The translations under genes were made by a program, and so were the position numbers. The notes beneath the pieces were generated by a model. It was not told the origin of the DNA. It did not search any database and saw only the letters and a list, made by a program, of their open reading frames with translations. 64,000 nt of DNA from a virus (Duplodnaviria; Caudoviricetes), in the IMG/VR virus record IMGVR_UViG_3300037067_001255, positions 1 through 64,000 of that record, one strand, 5' to 3'. Position 1 is the first letter of the stretch. Each line of letters starts with the position of its first letter. Positions 8,796 through 19,086 of this stretch are shown one piece after another.

Positions 8796-9116
8796 TGATT
8801 GTTCCCGTCGATAAGACAGGAGGAGTAAGGATGGCATTTACTTTGCTATCCTCTCCAGGGAAAGATGGTTGGTGTAGTCCTATTCGTACTACTCTAAAGT
8901 GGGAGGAACTTCACGAGATGTTGCATGAAGCCGAGAAGATTGGAGGAAGCGTAGTTCCTCAAGTTCAGCAAAAACCAGTAACTCAACAAGTAACAGGTCT
9001 TGTCTTAGTACCACAAGGATTTGAGGAGGTGAATGAGTTTGGTGAGTTGAAGCCTTTCTGATTCTCTTTTGTAGCCCCCTTTTTCGGGGGAAATCAAGGG
9101 TATAGGAGTGGGACAA

Positions 9117-9671
9117 ATGAACTACGAGGTGTTTTTGTGCAACAGTAATGGTGTTGTTGGGCATGTTACACATCATGGGGAGCTAGATGATGAGTTTTTG
9201 TGTACCCTTACTGGACTTACCAACAGCATGTCACATCATATCGTGATCTATCGGTGGTTGGGTCCACAAGGAGGTGTAGGGGACATCTATGTGGGAAGGG
9301 AGGGATTGGTTGTGTTGGCTCAGGAGATTGAGGAGGAAAAGAAGATCGAGAAGGAGCCTACATTCTCAATCAAGGTGGAGATCCCAGAGGGATATCCTCT
9401 TGAACAAGTGACATGCAAGATTACTGGAGTAGTTCCAGAAGTGATAAGTAAGTCTATGGGCAAGCCGGACTTCCCAATTAGTGTTACTGGTGACACCGCC
9501 AACATCTTCTACGGGTTTTGGGGACACCTGGAGAATGGTGGTTGTTACTTCAAGGTACTTAGGCGGGATGTTCCTAGTTATATTGGTAAGTTTGAGGAAT
9601 GGGTCAAGGAGGTGAACGAGTGGATTGTAAAGCAGGAGATTATGCCTGCTGAGACAGCGGTAATCTCCTAG
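9117..9671 (+). CDS. Hypothetical protein (Y.G..GL family N-domain)
   Basis: AGGAG RBS; YEVFLCNSNG...YVGREGL. Confidence 0.6.
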   Translation: MNYEVFLCNSNGVVGHVTHHGELDDEFLCTLTGLTNSMSHHIVIYRWLGPQGGVGDIYVGREGLVVLAQEIEEEKKIEKEPTFSIKVEIPEGYPLEQVTCKITGVVPEVISKSMGKPDFPISVTGDTANIFYGFWGHLENGGCYFKVLRRDVPSYIGKFEEWVKEVNEWIVKQEIMPAETAVIS

Positions 9672-9790
9672 TCTAGGGTTCTAAGTTCTCAAACTTTCTT
9701 AGCGGGATTTCTTTCTTCTTTCTAATTAGCCCCCGCTAAGAAAGCTTAAGCACTTAGGGCTGTAAACAACCAAAAGGGGTGAGTAGTAAT

Positions 9791-10081
9791 ATGTCATTGT
9801 TAGACCTGCAAGTGGCGGAGGTTAGTAGTATGCTAGAAAGGTTGACAAATCTAGTAAGATCGGGGGAGGGAGATGTTGAGAAGTTTGCACGAGACATTTC
9901 CGAGGCAGAGAAGTTTCTGAAGCCTTGGTTCAGTGATTCTGCTGCTCCAAAGGTACTCTCGAATATCGCAGTAATGGTAGTAACAAATCCCATGTCACTA
10001 CCTGGTCTGCTTATGGTTGTTTTGCAGGCCGGGTACAACTGTCGTAAACTAGAAGAATCTGCAATGGGGGAGGAGAAGTAG
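9791..10081 (+). CDS. Hypothetical protein
   Basis: ORF with RBS. Confidence 0.55.
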   Translation: MSLLDLQVAEVSSMLERLTNLVRSGEGDVEKFARDISEAEKFLKPWFSDSAAPKVLSNIAVMVVTNPMSLPGLLMVVLQAGYNCRKLEESAMGEEK

Positions 10082-10239
10082 ATGGAAAAGTGGCAAGAGA
10101 AGTTAGCAGAGTCACACAAGAAGGCAGAACTAAATCAGAGAAGTTGTCCAGAACACGCCCTTAGGTGTGCCTTCATAGGTGCATCTAAGCGTCAAGAGAT
10201 GAAGGTTGCAGGCAAGCATCCTATGGGGAGGAAACTAGT

Positions 10240-10497
10240 ATGAAATTCGAGTTTGTAGACCTGCTTGTACATCTAATACACCAAGATGGTAGTATTGACT
10301 CGTTCGACGTAAATGGGGAGTCATGTGACTTGATGACTCTCTTAGGAATGTTGGAGCATTCTGGCTATATCTGTGGGGAATGGTGCGCGTTTTCTAACAT
10401 AGTTGTAATCGGGCTAAGCAAAGAAACTAAGATGTTCACTAACTTTTACATTGGATGGGATGGTCTGAAGGCACTATTGAAGGAGTGTGGAGAATAA
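10240..10497 (+). CDS. Hypothetical protein (Y.G..GL family)
   Basis: GGAGG RBS; FYIGWDGLKAL. Confidence 0.6.
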   Translation: MKFEFVDLLVHLIHQDGSIDSFDVNGESCDLMTLLGMLEHSGYICGEWCAFSNIVVIGLSKETKMFTNFYIGWDGLKALLKECGE

Positions 10498-10767
10498 TGG
10501 GAAAGACATTGAGGAACTACCAATATTATAAGGGAGGCAAGAAAACAAGGGAGAAGCAGAGTCATTCAAGATCAAGTATGACGATTCGATTCCTCAGAGG
10601 GTATATCGAATGTACAAAAGACTAGAAGAGGAGGCAATGGTAGTAGAATAAGGAAGAAAGCTCTACTCCTCCCTTAGAATTTAACCTCTAAGGGAGGGTT
10701 GGACTTTTCTTTTTCTGTTTTTTGTAGCCCCGAATTTCGGGGAAATCTAAAGAAGGATGTGAGTTAC

Positions 10768-11379
10768 ATGTTCTCAGGTATTGATAATGCCCAGTCGTTC
10801 GGACGTTACTATGTTCTAAAGATGTTGGAACGTTTTGCAGAGGAGTTTGTACTGACGGGCTCAGCATGTTACCTATCTCACCCGGCAGATTTGGATTTCT
10901 TTGCAGAAGATCACGAGCATACTGGTAAGTTTCTAAAGAATAACGGGTTTGTTCGGTATCCGGCTGAAGATGGTGAGGAATTTGTTGGAATTCCATCTGT
11001 TGACGTAGAAGAGTACACAAGGGACCCTCATGTAGTTTCGTTGTGGATACATATGTGTGGTATCCATGTAATGTTGGTTGACGATTTCCTTCTTAGGAAG
11101 GAGAAGATCAATCCAACCTGTACTGAATTCTTCCGGGGCCTAATGGAAGAGGGACGAAGAATTAGAACTGATTTCCTCTCCAAGGACTTCAGGCGCGTAT
11201 TTTGGTATCTAACTGTGATGTTGTATCATTCAAAGGATGTAGAAGCAAAGGAGGATAAGAAGGTAAGTCTCGATGATGCATATAGAGTTCCCTATTCTGG
11301 GCTGCCAAGGGGAACTACAATTACACATGTTCCTGATGGGGCGTACGATGAGAATGATACTCCGGCAGAGAGAGGTTAA
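10768..11379 (+). CDS. Possible nucleotidyltransferase-fold protein
   Basis: VLTGS....PADLDFF (hG[GS]x9-13DhDh-like motif). Confidence 0.45.
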   Translation: MFSGIDNAQSFGRYYVLKMLERFAEEFVLTGSACYLSHPADLDFFAEDHEHTGKFLKNNGFVRYPAEDGEEFVGIPSVDVEEYTRDPHVVSLWIHMCGIHVMLVDDFLLRKEKINPTCTEFFRGLMEEGRRIRTDFLSKDFRRVFWYLTVMLYHSKDVEAKEDKKVSLDDAYRVPYSGLPRGTTITHVPDGAYDENDTPAERG

Positions 11380-11473
11380 GCAGTAAGGTCTAAACTCTGG
11401 GTATAAATCATTTATAACTGTCACACTTGATTTATGCCCAGTCTTAGGTCATACTAAAAAGGAGGAAGTAGAT

Positions 11474-12123
11474 ATGAGACATATAACGATAAATGGTATC
11501 CCATACTGCAAGTGCCGTGATCTAAAGCCGGATTACTACGACTGGAAGAAATATCCGTGGGAAGCAACAAAACCATGTTGTTACGAAGCCGTAGATGAGG
11601 AAATCTACGGCTTTGCAAACTATCTATGTGTGGAGCATAGATATAAGAAGATTGACATAGTAGATGGACCTTGTCCTTTCTGCTATGCAGTCGAGTATGA
11701 TATGAAGGAGGAGAACAGATGAGTTTCATTCTTAGAAACATGACCGGACATAACCCGTTTGGTGACAAGATCGTGTACGGGTATAGCAGTTTGCCTGATG
11801 TTTGGGTATTCTCTGAGCTGGATGTAGCATTTGCACATATCCTTAATCTTCCTACTCCTGATATGGAAGATGATGCACTCTACTTGATTGAGGATGATGG
11901 AGAAACAAAGGAGCTAATCTGGGCGTTTGAAGGATGGCACTATGCGGGTGTTGCTGAGGGAACTTGGAAGAAGATTGTCAAGGAGGAATACCTACCTGGA
12001 TTTTCCGTTAGAGTAGAAGATGCTCTCTACAAGATGGAAGAGTGTGGTGGAGGCTGTGATAGAATTCCGATCAATACCATTGAAGATATGCTTAGGCATA
12101 TCGAAAGTGGACATAAGGAGTGA
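11474..12123 (+). CDS. Two coupled hypothetical genes (11474..11722, 11719..12123)
   Basis: AGGAGG RBSs; ATGA overlap. Confidence 0.55.
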
Positions 12124-12638
12124 AAAAGAGTGGCTTGCATTACAGTTCTAGTGGCAGTGTCTTGTCTTACGCTCTATACACACGCTTCACATTACCCTGG
12201 ATGGGGTAATGAATTTATTGGGGGTGTTCTTCTTTTCTGGGGCATTCTGTGTACTGTGCTAGCAGCAATGAACCATATTGGTATGGATAAGAAAGGGTGA
12301 AAAAGAGTGGCTTCTCTTAGGGAACTGATAGACAAGTATGGAGTTCCTCTGAAAGTGGTGTGGTATCTTGGCTCACATCCAGTACGAAGTACAATTATCT
12401 CGGATGAAGGGAAAACTTGTACACAAAAGACTAGTAGTGGAAAGATTTGGACTGGGGTGCAGACTAAATGTGAAGGATGTAATGATTATGAGGTAGATAA
12501 AGAGATGAGTACAAGTGAGTGAGGAAGTAATGATGATGGTTGTGCTGACAGTTGTATTGGCGTTGTTCTTCGTTGTATTGTACTTCACGTCGGACAATAA
12601 GCTTTAGCGTAATCTAAGGCTATAAATGATTTATAGGT

Positions 12639-12716
12639 GGGCCCTTAGCTCAATTAGGTTAGAGCAAACGGCTCATAACCGTTAGGTTCCGGGTTCAAAT
12701 CCCGGAGGGCCCACCA
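12639..12716 (+). tRNA. tRNA-Ile2 (CAT, lysidine type; reads AUA)
   Basis: Full cloverleaf GGGCCCT/AGGGCCC, loop CTCATAA, encoded CCA, C4/C5 acceptor pairs typical of TilS substrates; no C1:A72 mismatch, so not fMet. Confidence 0.85.
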
Positions 12717-12732
12717 AATAATCCAAAAGGAG

Positions 12733-13500
12733 TTGGGAAAGATGGAACGTAGAATCGTAGTGTATTTCTACGACGATTGTGGTATTGTAGCAGAAGTAAA
12801 GTGCCGGTCTATGGAGAAGATTGATACAAGTTCTAACTGCTGTGACGATCTTGGGATTGTTATTGAAGTCATTAAGGGGGAAAATCCCGGATATAGTTTC
12901 CGACCTTCGATGAAGTCAAGAGAGAAGTCTCGGAGTGATAGTGAAATTAAGAAATTGGAGGCTACAAAAGAAGAGAAGGATGATAATTGGGTACTATGTC
13001 CATTTTGCGAGCACTATTCTACTAAGCACGAGGTAATTGAGACTCGTAGGAGTGAGGGTGAGTATTACTGTCTTTATTGCCTGGAACATGTCTTTAGTGC
13101 AGAAGAACTGGGGGTAGAAGAAGAGAAAAAGGAAGAAAAGGAAGATGAAAGTCTTTGTGATACTTGTATTAGTAGAGGAAAATGTAAAGTGCTAGTTACT
13201 CCCGGAAATAAGATTTATCAGTGCATTAACTATACTAGCAATGAGTTTGAGATCATTAGTATCAAGAATTCTGGTTATACTCCTAGTCGTCTTGCTAGAT
13301 TTGCCGGTGGGAGTTTGATACTCTACCAAGGCGTATGGTTGGCCATCTATGAAGAAAATGTAGTGTTGGATTGTAAGGTGTCTACCGAAAAACTTCCTGG
13401 ATATACAAGTAGGAAGGACCTTGTACGTAAGATTGCCAAGAGGGCTGGTAGGTATGTTGCGAATCAAGATGCAATTAGGGTGAAGAAGAGTGATATGTAA
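12733..13500 (+). CDS. Cys-rich hypothetical protein
   Basis: CPFC, CLYC, CDTC motifs. Confidence 0.6.
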   Translation: MGKMERRIVVYFYDDCGIVAEVKCRSMEKIDTSSNCCDDLGIVIEVIKGENPGYSFRPSMKSREKSRSDSEIKKLEATKEEKDDNWVLCPFCEHYSTKHEVIETRRSEGEYYCLYCLEHVFSAEELGVEEEKKEEKEDESLCDTCISRGKCKVLVTPGNKIYQCINYTSNEFEIISIKNSGYTPSRLARFAGGSLILYQGVWLAIYEENVVLDCKVSTEKLPGYTSRKDLVRKIAKRAGRYVANQDAIRVKKSDM

Positions 13501-13810
13501 CAAGACACTAAAAGCAAGGTGGGTATACAAGGGGGTGGAAAGAACCCTAAAGATATACCCACCATCACAAAAGTTCTTAAACATGCTAGCATTCCTGGAT
13601 GTAGAAAGGAGAGTGGGGGAGATACGAGAGTGGTGTGCTAAGTTTGTATCACCTTTTTATGGAGATTGCCCCCAAAAAGTGATACAAGCTTATATAAAGT
13701 TATATGGTATTGATGTTACAAGTCCGGGGGAATGTGAAAGAAACCCAAGATGGAAGGAGGACATTTGTTATCAGTCTAGAATAAGATTTCTAAGAGAGAC
13801 CTATAAATGA
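13490..13810 (+). CDS. Hypothetical protein
   Basis: Stop codon overlaps the palindrome at 13802. Confidence 0.5.
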   Translation: MICNKTLKARWVYKGVERTLKIYPPSQKFLNMLAFLDVERRVGEIREWCAKFVSPFYGDCPQKVIQAYIKLYGIDVTSPGECERNPRWKEDICYQSRIRFLRETYK

Positions 13811-13858
13811 TTTATAGCTGCTACTCACTTAGCTGCTATAATCGAAGGAGGAAGCAAA

Positions 13859-14083
13859 ATGACAGTCTTTGTTACACTAATAGATGGTACCAAGATTGAA
13901 GGGGTAACAGTACCAAAGTCGGATACTACAGATCACATCTTAGCAGAAGGGATCATTGAGGCTGCTATTGGAAAGGAGTACATTTGTGTAGGATGTACTT
14001 CTCCTACTCGGCACACTAAGGAAGTGATCTGTAGGATGTATATCCCAAAGGATAAGATTTTGCATATTACTGTTGTTGAGTAA
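13859..14083 (+). CDS. Small beta-barrel (Sm-like?) protein
   Basis: VTLIDGTKIEG...YIPKDKI; paralogous to N-terminus of 14509. Confidence 0.5.
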   Translation: MTVFVTLIDGTKIEGVTVPKSDTTDHILAEGIIEAAIGKEYICVGCTSPTRHTKEVICRMYIPKDKILHITVVE

Positions 14084-14092
14084 GTAATTAGT

Positions 14093-14179
14093 GCCGGAGT
14101 GGTGGAATTGGCATACACGACTGGCCTAAACCCAATTGCCCGAAAGGGATTGAGGGTTCGAGTCCCTCCTCCGGCACCA
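14093..14179 (+). tRNA. tRNA-Leu (TAA), atypical C33
   Basis: GCCGGAG/CTCCGGC acceptor, long variable arm CCC-GAAA-GGG, A73, CCA; anticodon loop CCTAAAC. Confidence 0.85.
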
Positions 14180-14204
14180 AACAAATACCAAAAGGAGTAA
14201 GGAA

Positions 14205-15573
14205 ATGGTTACACTGGGAGACTTCATCACTAATCATGTATCACCACAAGGCAATTACCATGATTGCGGTGATGCACGGACCTTCTGGGGATTTGCTACT
14301 TATGCTAAAACCAATACAGACTCTACAATCTGTTTTAGGTTTCTAACACCTAGAGTGGGAAAGGAGTATTCAACGGTAGTAGTTACAGTGGATTCTGGGA
14401 AGAGACAGAAGAATGGACAAATGATCTACTTCTGTATCTTCAATCCAGAGTCAGTAGAACAAGCAGAGAAGGATTTACTTAGTCTACTAGAACTAGCAGA
14501 GAAGGAGAATGAAGATGAAAGTAATTGCAAAGCTGGTTAATGGAGAAGAAGTAGTAGGATTGGTACCAGAGACACAGAGTCTTGAGAGTATATTGGAGGT
14601 AGTCAGTAGCTTTGTTAGTGAGAGGGGAGATTTTCTAACACTTAGTCCATTACAGCGAAAGGATGGACAGTTTGATAAGAAGGTATTCATTCCAAAGAGT
14701 AGTGTGGTTTATGTGACGATTGATAACAGTGAGGAGGAAGAAGTAGAAGAGAATAACAAAGAAGAGGAAGAGGAGAAGGAATGTGATAACTGTGCACATC
14801 TTCATTCACCAGAAGAGTGTAAGAAATGTGGTGTAATTAGGGATGGAGAGGACAAAGGCGGGTACAAAAATTGGAAGAAGATTGCTATCAATATGGTAAG
14901 ATGTCCAAAGTGTCTAAAGGACTTCACTAAGGTATACGTTATTAACTGGAATGAGCACGGAAAGAATGGACCATTTGTCTGTCCTCACTGCACTGGGCAT
15001 GTCTTTAATATTGGAGAACTAAAACTAGAGAAGGAGGACAACAATGAAACAGCCAATTGAAGTGAGCAAGTTATATGATACTGGTCGATGTATGGAAGTT
15101 GCTAAGGAACTCGGGGGAGATATTCATTGTGGAACTATGTCATTACCGAATGAATGGGTGGCAGAGTATCAAGGAGAGGTAATTGGTAACTTTCCTATTG
15201 CAGATAATCCAAAGTTAAGATGTGTTACTGGTTGTGCTACGGATTTGGAACAGATTAAGATAATCAATGATCTACGTAGGCAGAATATAGAGATAGTTCA
15301 CTCCCTTCTTTTTCTTGTAGCCCAAAGAGCAGGCCACAAAGTTGATTCTGTCAACAAATTGATCTATCCTAAGGAAGAAGAGTAATGTACTATATCCGGG
15401 CAGTAATAGCAGGTTTCAGGTGCTATATACAAAAAGGAACTAAAACAGAAAGTACGCATGATAGGAAGGAGGCCAAGAAGTTTAAGGACAAAGAGGGTGC
15501 AAGAGAATTCATCCGTACTAGGGGACTTATCTCTTCAGTATGGAAAGTAGTGAAAGTTACTGAAAGGAAGTGA
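14205..15573 (+). CDS. Four hypothetical genes (14205..14540, 14509..15060, 15044..15385, 15385..15573)
   Basis: Overlapping/coupled ORFs with RBSs; 14509 has CxxC pairs. Confidence 0.55.
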
Positions 15574-15689
15574 CAATTTGTACCTTTTTGTCCTTATTCT
15601 GGCCGCTTTTGTACTGATTTCGTTGGTGTGATGAGCCATAAATGATTTATAGTCTCTCAAAACGGGCCAACCAAAAAGGAGAGAGTAGA

Positions 15690-16787
15690 ATGAAGAACTG
15701 GCAATTGATCCAAAAGTGGGCAGAGAGAATTTCAGATGGGGATGAGGAGTTGTATCAAGGATTCTCTCTTAGTGCTCAGGGAAGGTTCTTGTACTCAGAT
15801 AAGTATGGTAGAGACATTTATGCCATTCATTGTGGGAGGTTTATCCTGATGGATGGAACTACTGGGCAGTTTCCTCCGATGTCTCCTTCAAGAGGACAGA
15901 TCAATTCTCAAATTCGGGCAACAAATAATTGGGGTAATGATGGGCCAGTACCTGTTGTTATCTCTACCTCCTTTGAAGTCCTTCAGCGAGTAATTGGTAA
16001 TGTTGATATGCCAATCAATACTGACAGGATGGATTATCTCTCAAGTGATAGGGTACATAACCTTGATGAGCTAAGAGTTGAGGCGGGGTTTGATTGGGGA
16101 GATTACCACATCTTTTATATCAGGGGAAACTATTGGGTTTTCGGTAGATACTGGGGGAAGAATAAGCAGAATTTTGCCTTTTCTTCACGGATTAGGAACG
16201 GTTATCTTAGTGACCTAATTCCTCAAGAATGTTATCTAACTGCAAATGAACTTAACAACCTAAAGCAGATGGAGGATAGTCCTGGGATCAATATCCCTTA
16301 TCTTGTTAACGGGAGGAAAATCCTTAGGCGGGGGATTAAGAGACAAGGAGACCTGTTCTTCATTCCAGTAGAAGCAGTAAACAAGCCTAATACTAGGATA
16401 TTTCAGAATAACAGCAATTTGATTGAGGACTTTATGTGTGAAAAGGTAATTGCACTAAGGTCTGAGGTAGACCTTTACCTAAAGTTTGATTATGTATCAA
16501 ACAGGGTAGATAGTCTATATCCAACTGTAGCAAGTAGTCGTCATTCATTCACGGACGTAGCAGTAGGACAATTTGCTACTACAAGTTTTGGAGGAAATTC
16601 TATACCTTCCTCACCAGAACTACTTGTTAGAGGAGTAGTTCGACATCCAGAACATTCAAACGTGAAGCTTGAAGTAGTTAATGATAAGCACAGGAAGTCA
16701 GGAGGTTGGTTCATTGTTCGTAAGAACGGTGCATTGGAGTCATATTCTGCAAATCTAACCCGCTCTGGGCGGGCTAATTCAGATTAG
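15690..16787 (+). CDS. Hypothetical protein with RQGD motif
   Basis: KRQGDLFFIPV...RH....HPEH pattern seen in phage proteins. Confidence 0.6.
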   Translation: MKNWQLIQKWAERISDGDEELYQGFSLSAQGRFLYSDKYGRDIYAIHCGRFILMDGTTGQFPPMSPSRGQINSQIRATNNWGNDGPVPVVISTSFEVLQRVIGNVDMPINTDRMDYLSSDRVHNLDELRVEAGFDWGDYHIFYIRGNYWVFGRYWGKNKQNFAFSSRIRNGYLSDLIPQECYLTANELNNLKQMEDSPGINIPYLVNGRKILRRGIKRQGDLFFIPVEAVNKPNTRIFQNNSNLIEDFMCEKVIALRSEVDLYLKFDYVSNRVDSLYPTVASSRHSFTDVAVGQFATTSFGGNSIPSSPELLVRGVVRHPEHSNVKLEVVNDKHRKSGGWFIVRKNGALESYSANLTRSGRANSD

Positions 16788-16798
16788 GAGGAAGAATA

Positions 16799-17782
16799 AT
16801 GAGTCATTATTTCGAGACAGGATATAGTGTTAGGGAACCAATGTGGCATGGATTGGGTGTAGTGTTAGAGGACTATCCAAAAGATGCAATAGAGGCACAA
16901 CAATTGGCAGGACTTGACTGGAGGGTTAGAACATCTCCAATCTTTACTAAGAATGTAGATGGAGAGGTATGGATTCCAGAGCATCTTGCAGTCACAAGAG
17001 ATGATAACAACAAGGTGCTGGCAGTTGTTACAAATAAGTATGAGCCTATTCAGAACTCTGTTCTGTTTGATTTCATTGATCGCTTGCTTATGCTTGATAA
17101 GGGGGCAAAGTTTGAAACGGCGGGAAGCCTAAAAGAAGGGAGGGTTGTTTGGGCACTAACAGAACTAACAAGTCAAGAGTTCGCAATCGGAGGTAACGAT
17201 GATCTAAATAAGACGTATCTGCTAACTACAACCTCACATGATAAGTCATTGGCCTTTCAGGCAGTGGTGACTAATGTAAGGGTGGTGTGTTGGAATACAT
17301 TATCCCTTGCGTTAGGGACTACACAGAATAGTTGGAAGATTCGTCATGTGGGGGATGTAGAGGATAAAGTAGATGACGCAAGGATGGCACTGAAGATTTC
17401 CTTCAGGTGGAATAAGCAATTTAAGGAGGTATTGGAAGCCTTAGCAAAGGAGAAGATAGATGATGATTTAGAGAGCAAGATTGCAGAGGCATTATGGCCC
17501 ATTTCTGAGGAACTACTGGAAAATAAAGAGGAAAATGAGGAAAAAGTAGATAGGATTATAGACAAAAGGGGTGAAATTAACGACCTGTTTCTCCAAGTGG
17601 GGGAGCAAGACGAGTCAATTGCAGGAACCAAGTATGCGTTCTTGCAAGCAGTGACAGAGCAAGAGACTTGGTATCCTTCCTTTAAGGAACCAACACAGAG
17701 GTCTGTTCTCTGGAATGGCCTTGTGAATGATGAGTCAAGTAGGGGACGAAAAGCTCTTGCCTACAATATGTTGATTGCATAG
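16799..17782 (+). CDS. DUF932 / TIGR03299-like phage/plasmid protein
   Basis: PMWHGLG, AGLDW.V, YEPIQN, FETAGSLKEGRVVW, SHD, VRVVCWNTL, IRH. Confidence 0.88.
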   Translation: MSHYFETGYSVREPMWHGLGVVLEDYPKDAIEAQQLAGLDWRVRTSPIFTKNVDGEVWIPEHLAVTRDDNNKVLAVVTNKYEPIQNSVLFDFIDRLLMLDKGAKFETAGSLKEGRVVWALTELTSQEFAIGGNDDLNKTYLLTTTSHDKSLAFQAVVTNVRVVCWNTLSLALGTTQNSWKIRHVGDVEDKVDDARMALKISFRWNKQFKEVLEALAKEKIDDDLESKIAEALWPISEELLENKEENEEKVDRIIDKRGEINDLFLQVGEQDESIAGTKYAFLQAVTEQETWYPSFKEPTQRSVLWNGLVNDESSRGRKALAYNMLIA

Positions 17783-17798
17783 GCCAAAATCATCCCTA

Positions 17799-17827
17799 TT
17801 GACACAGATAGGGCTATGTGATATGAT
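17799..17827 (+). promoter_or_regulatory. Sigma70-type promoter of the parB-like gene
   Basis: TTGACA-17 bp-TATGAT with extended -10 TG; palindrome at 17881 lies between promoter and ATG. Confidence 0.75.
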
Positions 17828-17967
17828 AACACTCCCAGGTTCAAGGAGGTGACCTACAATTCGTTGACCTAACAGTGGCGTATAAATGATTTATAGCTCA
17901 AGCAGTACCGAGACAACCCTCTTCGTTAGAAGAGAAACCCCACAGTAGTAAAAGGAAAAAACGTATC

Positions 17968-19053
17968 ATGGCTACTCAGGCTACCAAGCAGGCAATGATC
18001 GAGTTTGACAAGATCGTCATTGATCCTTCCATCTGCGTGAACCCTCGGGGACCAGAGGCTATGGAACCCAAGGCACTAGGAAGTCTTCAGTCTAATATTG
18101 AGACTGAGGGTCTTTTGACACCTTTGACGATTGCAAAGGTTGGAAAGCAGTACGTTCTTGTTAGTGGTTTTCGCCGTCACGCTTGTATCACTATGATTCG
18201 TGATGGTAAAGTAGTTAACGAATCCTCCAAGTATGCGGATATCTTCCCCGGTGGTAAGGTTCCTGTTGTAGTTCTTAGTGAGGTTGATGATGCTCTTACG
18301 ACTAAGCAGAACTTTGCAATTGCTAATATCATTGAGAACATGCAGCGCGAGGACCTTAAGCCATATGAACGGTCTCAGGCAATTGCACAACTTTGTGGTA
18401 AGGATACTGAGAAGGGCGAACTCGGTCTTAGTCAGACTGCGGCAGCGGAACGGACAGGCATGACACAGGCTTATGTATCTATGCTTTTCAACATTAACAA
18501 GAAGGCCTCTGAGAAGGTTTTTGCAGCCTTTGCAGAAGGCAACCTTTCGGTGGAACAGGCCCGTGATCTTAGCAAGTTGTCGGAGGAAGAGCAAGATGCT
18601 AAGATGGGTGCCGTAGAGGCACTGGATGACGATGAGGTGGAGATTGAGGAGGAAGACGGAATTCCAAAGCGGGGTAGTGGTCTTCCCAAGGCACAGGTTA
18701 TGAAGTCGAAGAAGCAGAAGAAGGCAGAGGCAGCACAGGTGTTGGATGGAGATGCCAAGCCGAAGTTTGTTTATTCGGCTAGTAAGGTTGCGAAGATGGT
18801 TGCCGGGATTGAGAAGTACGGAATTAACCCCATGCACAGTAAGGACAGTTACATTGACGGTGTCCTTGCTATGGGTAAGGCCCTTCTTGGTATTGAGGTC
18901 TTCCCCTTCGATATTACTGAGCCGGAACCGGAGGAGAAGCCAAAGAAGGCTAAGAAGGGGAAGAAGGCAGCAGAGGTGTTGGATGATGAGGAAGAGGAGG
19001 TTGAAGAGGAGGAACTTGACGACGATGAGGAACTTGATGTAGACGATGAGTAG
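17968..19053 (+). CDS. parB: ParB/RepB/Spo0J-family protein (CTPase clamp + HTH, acidic tail)
   Basis: GLLTPL, LVSGFRR arginine patch, ENMQREDL, HTH LSQTAAAERTGMTQAYVS, G.LS...A..L. Confidence 0.9.
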   Translation: MATQATKQAMIEFDKIVIDPSICVNPRGPEAMEPKALGSLQSNIETEGLLTPLTIAKVGKQYVLVSGFRRHACITMIRDGKVVNESSKYADIFPGGKVPVVVLSEVDDALTTKQNFAIANIIENMQREDLKPYERSQAIAQLCGKDTEKGELGLSQTAAAERTGMTQAYVSMLFNINKKASEKVFAAFAEGNLSVEQARDLSKLSEEEQDAKMGAVEALDDDEVEIEEEDGIPKRGSGLPKAQVMKSKKQKKAEAAQVLDGDAKPKFVYSASKVAKMVAGIEKYGINPMHSKDSYIDGVLAMGKALLGIEVFPFDITEPEPEEKPKKAKKGKKAAEVLDDEEEEVEEEELDDDEELDVDDE

Positions 19054-19086
19054 TATGTAAGGTAGCATACAAAGTCAAGTAGAAAA

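Noticed and set aside
18076-19068. Long minus-strand ORFs (also 5930-6559, 54883-55548, 55727-56608, 27703-28287)
   Set aside because: Antisense shadows of well-supported + strand genes with biased codon use
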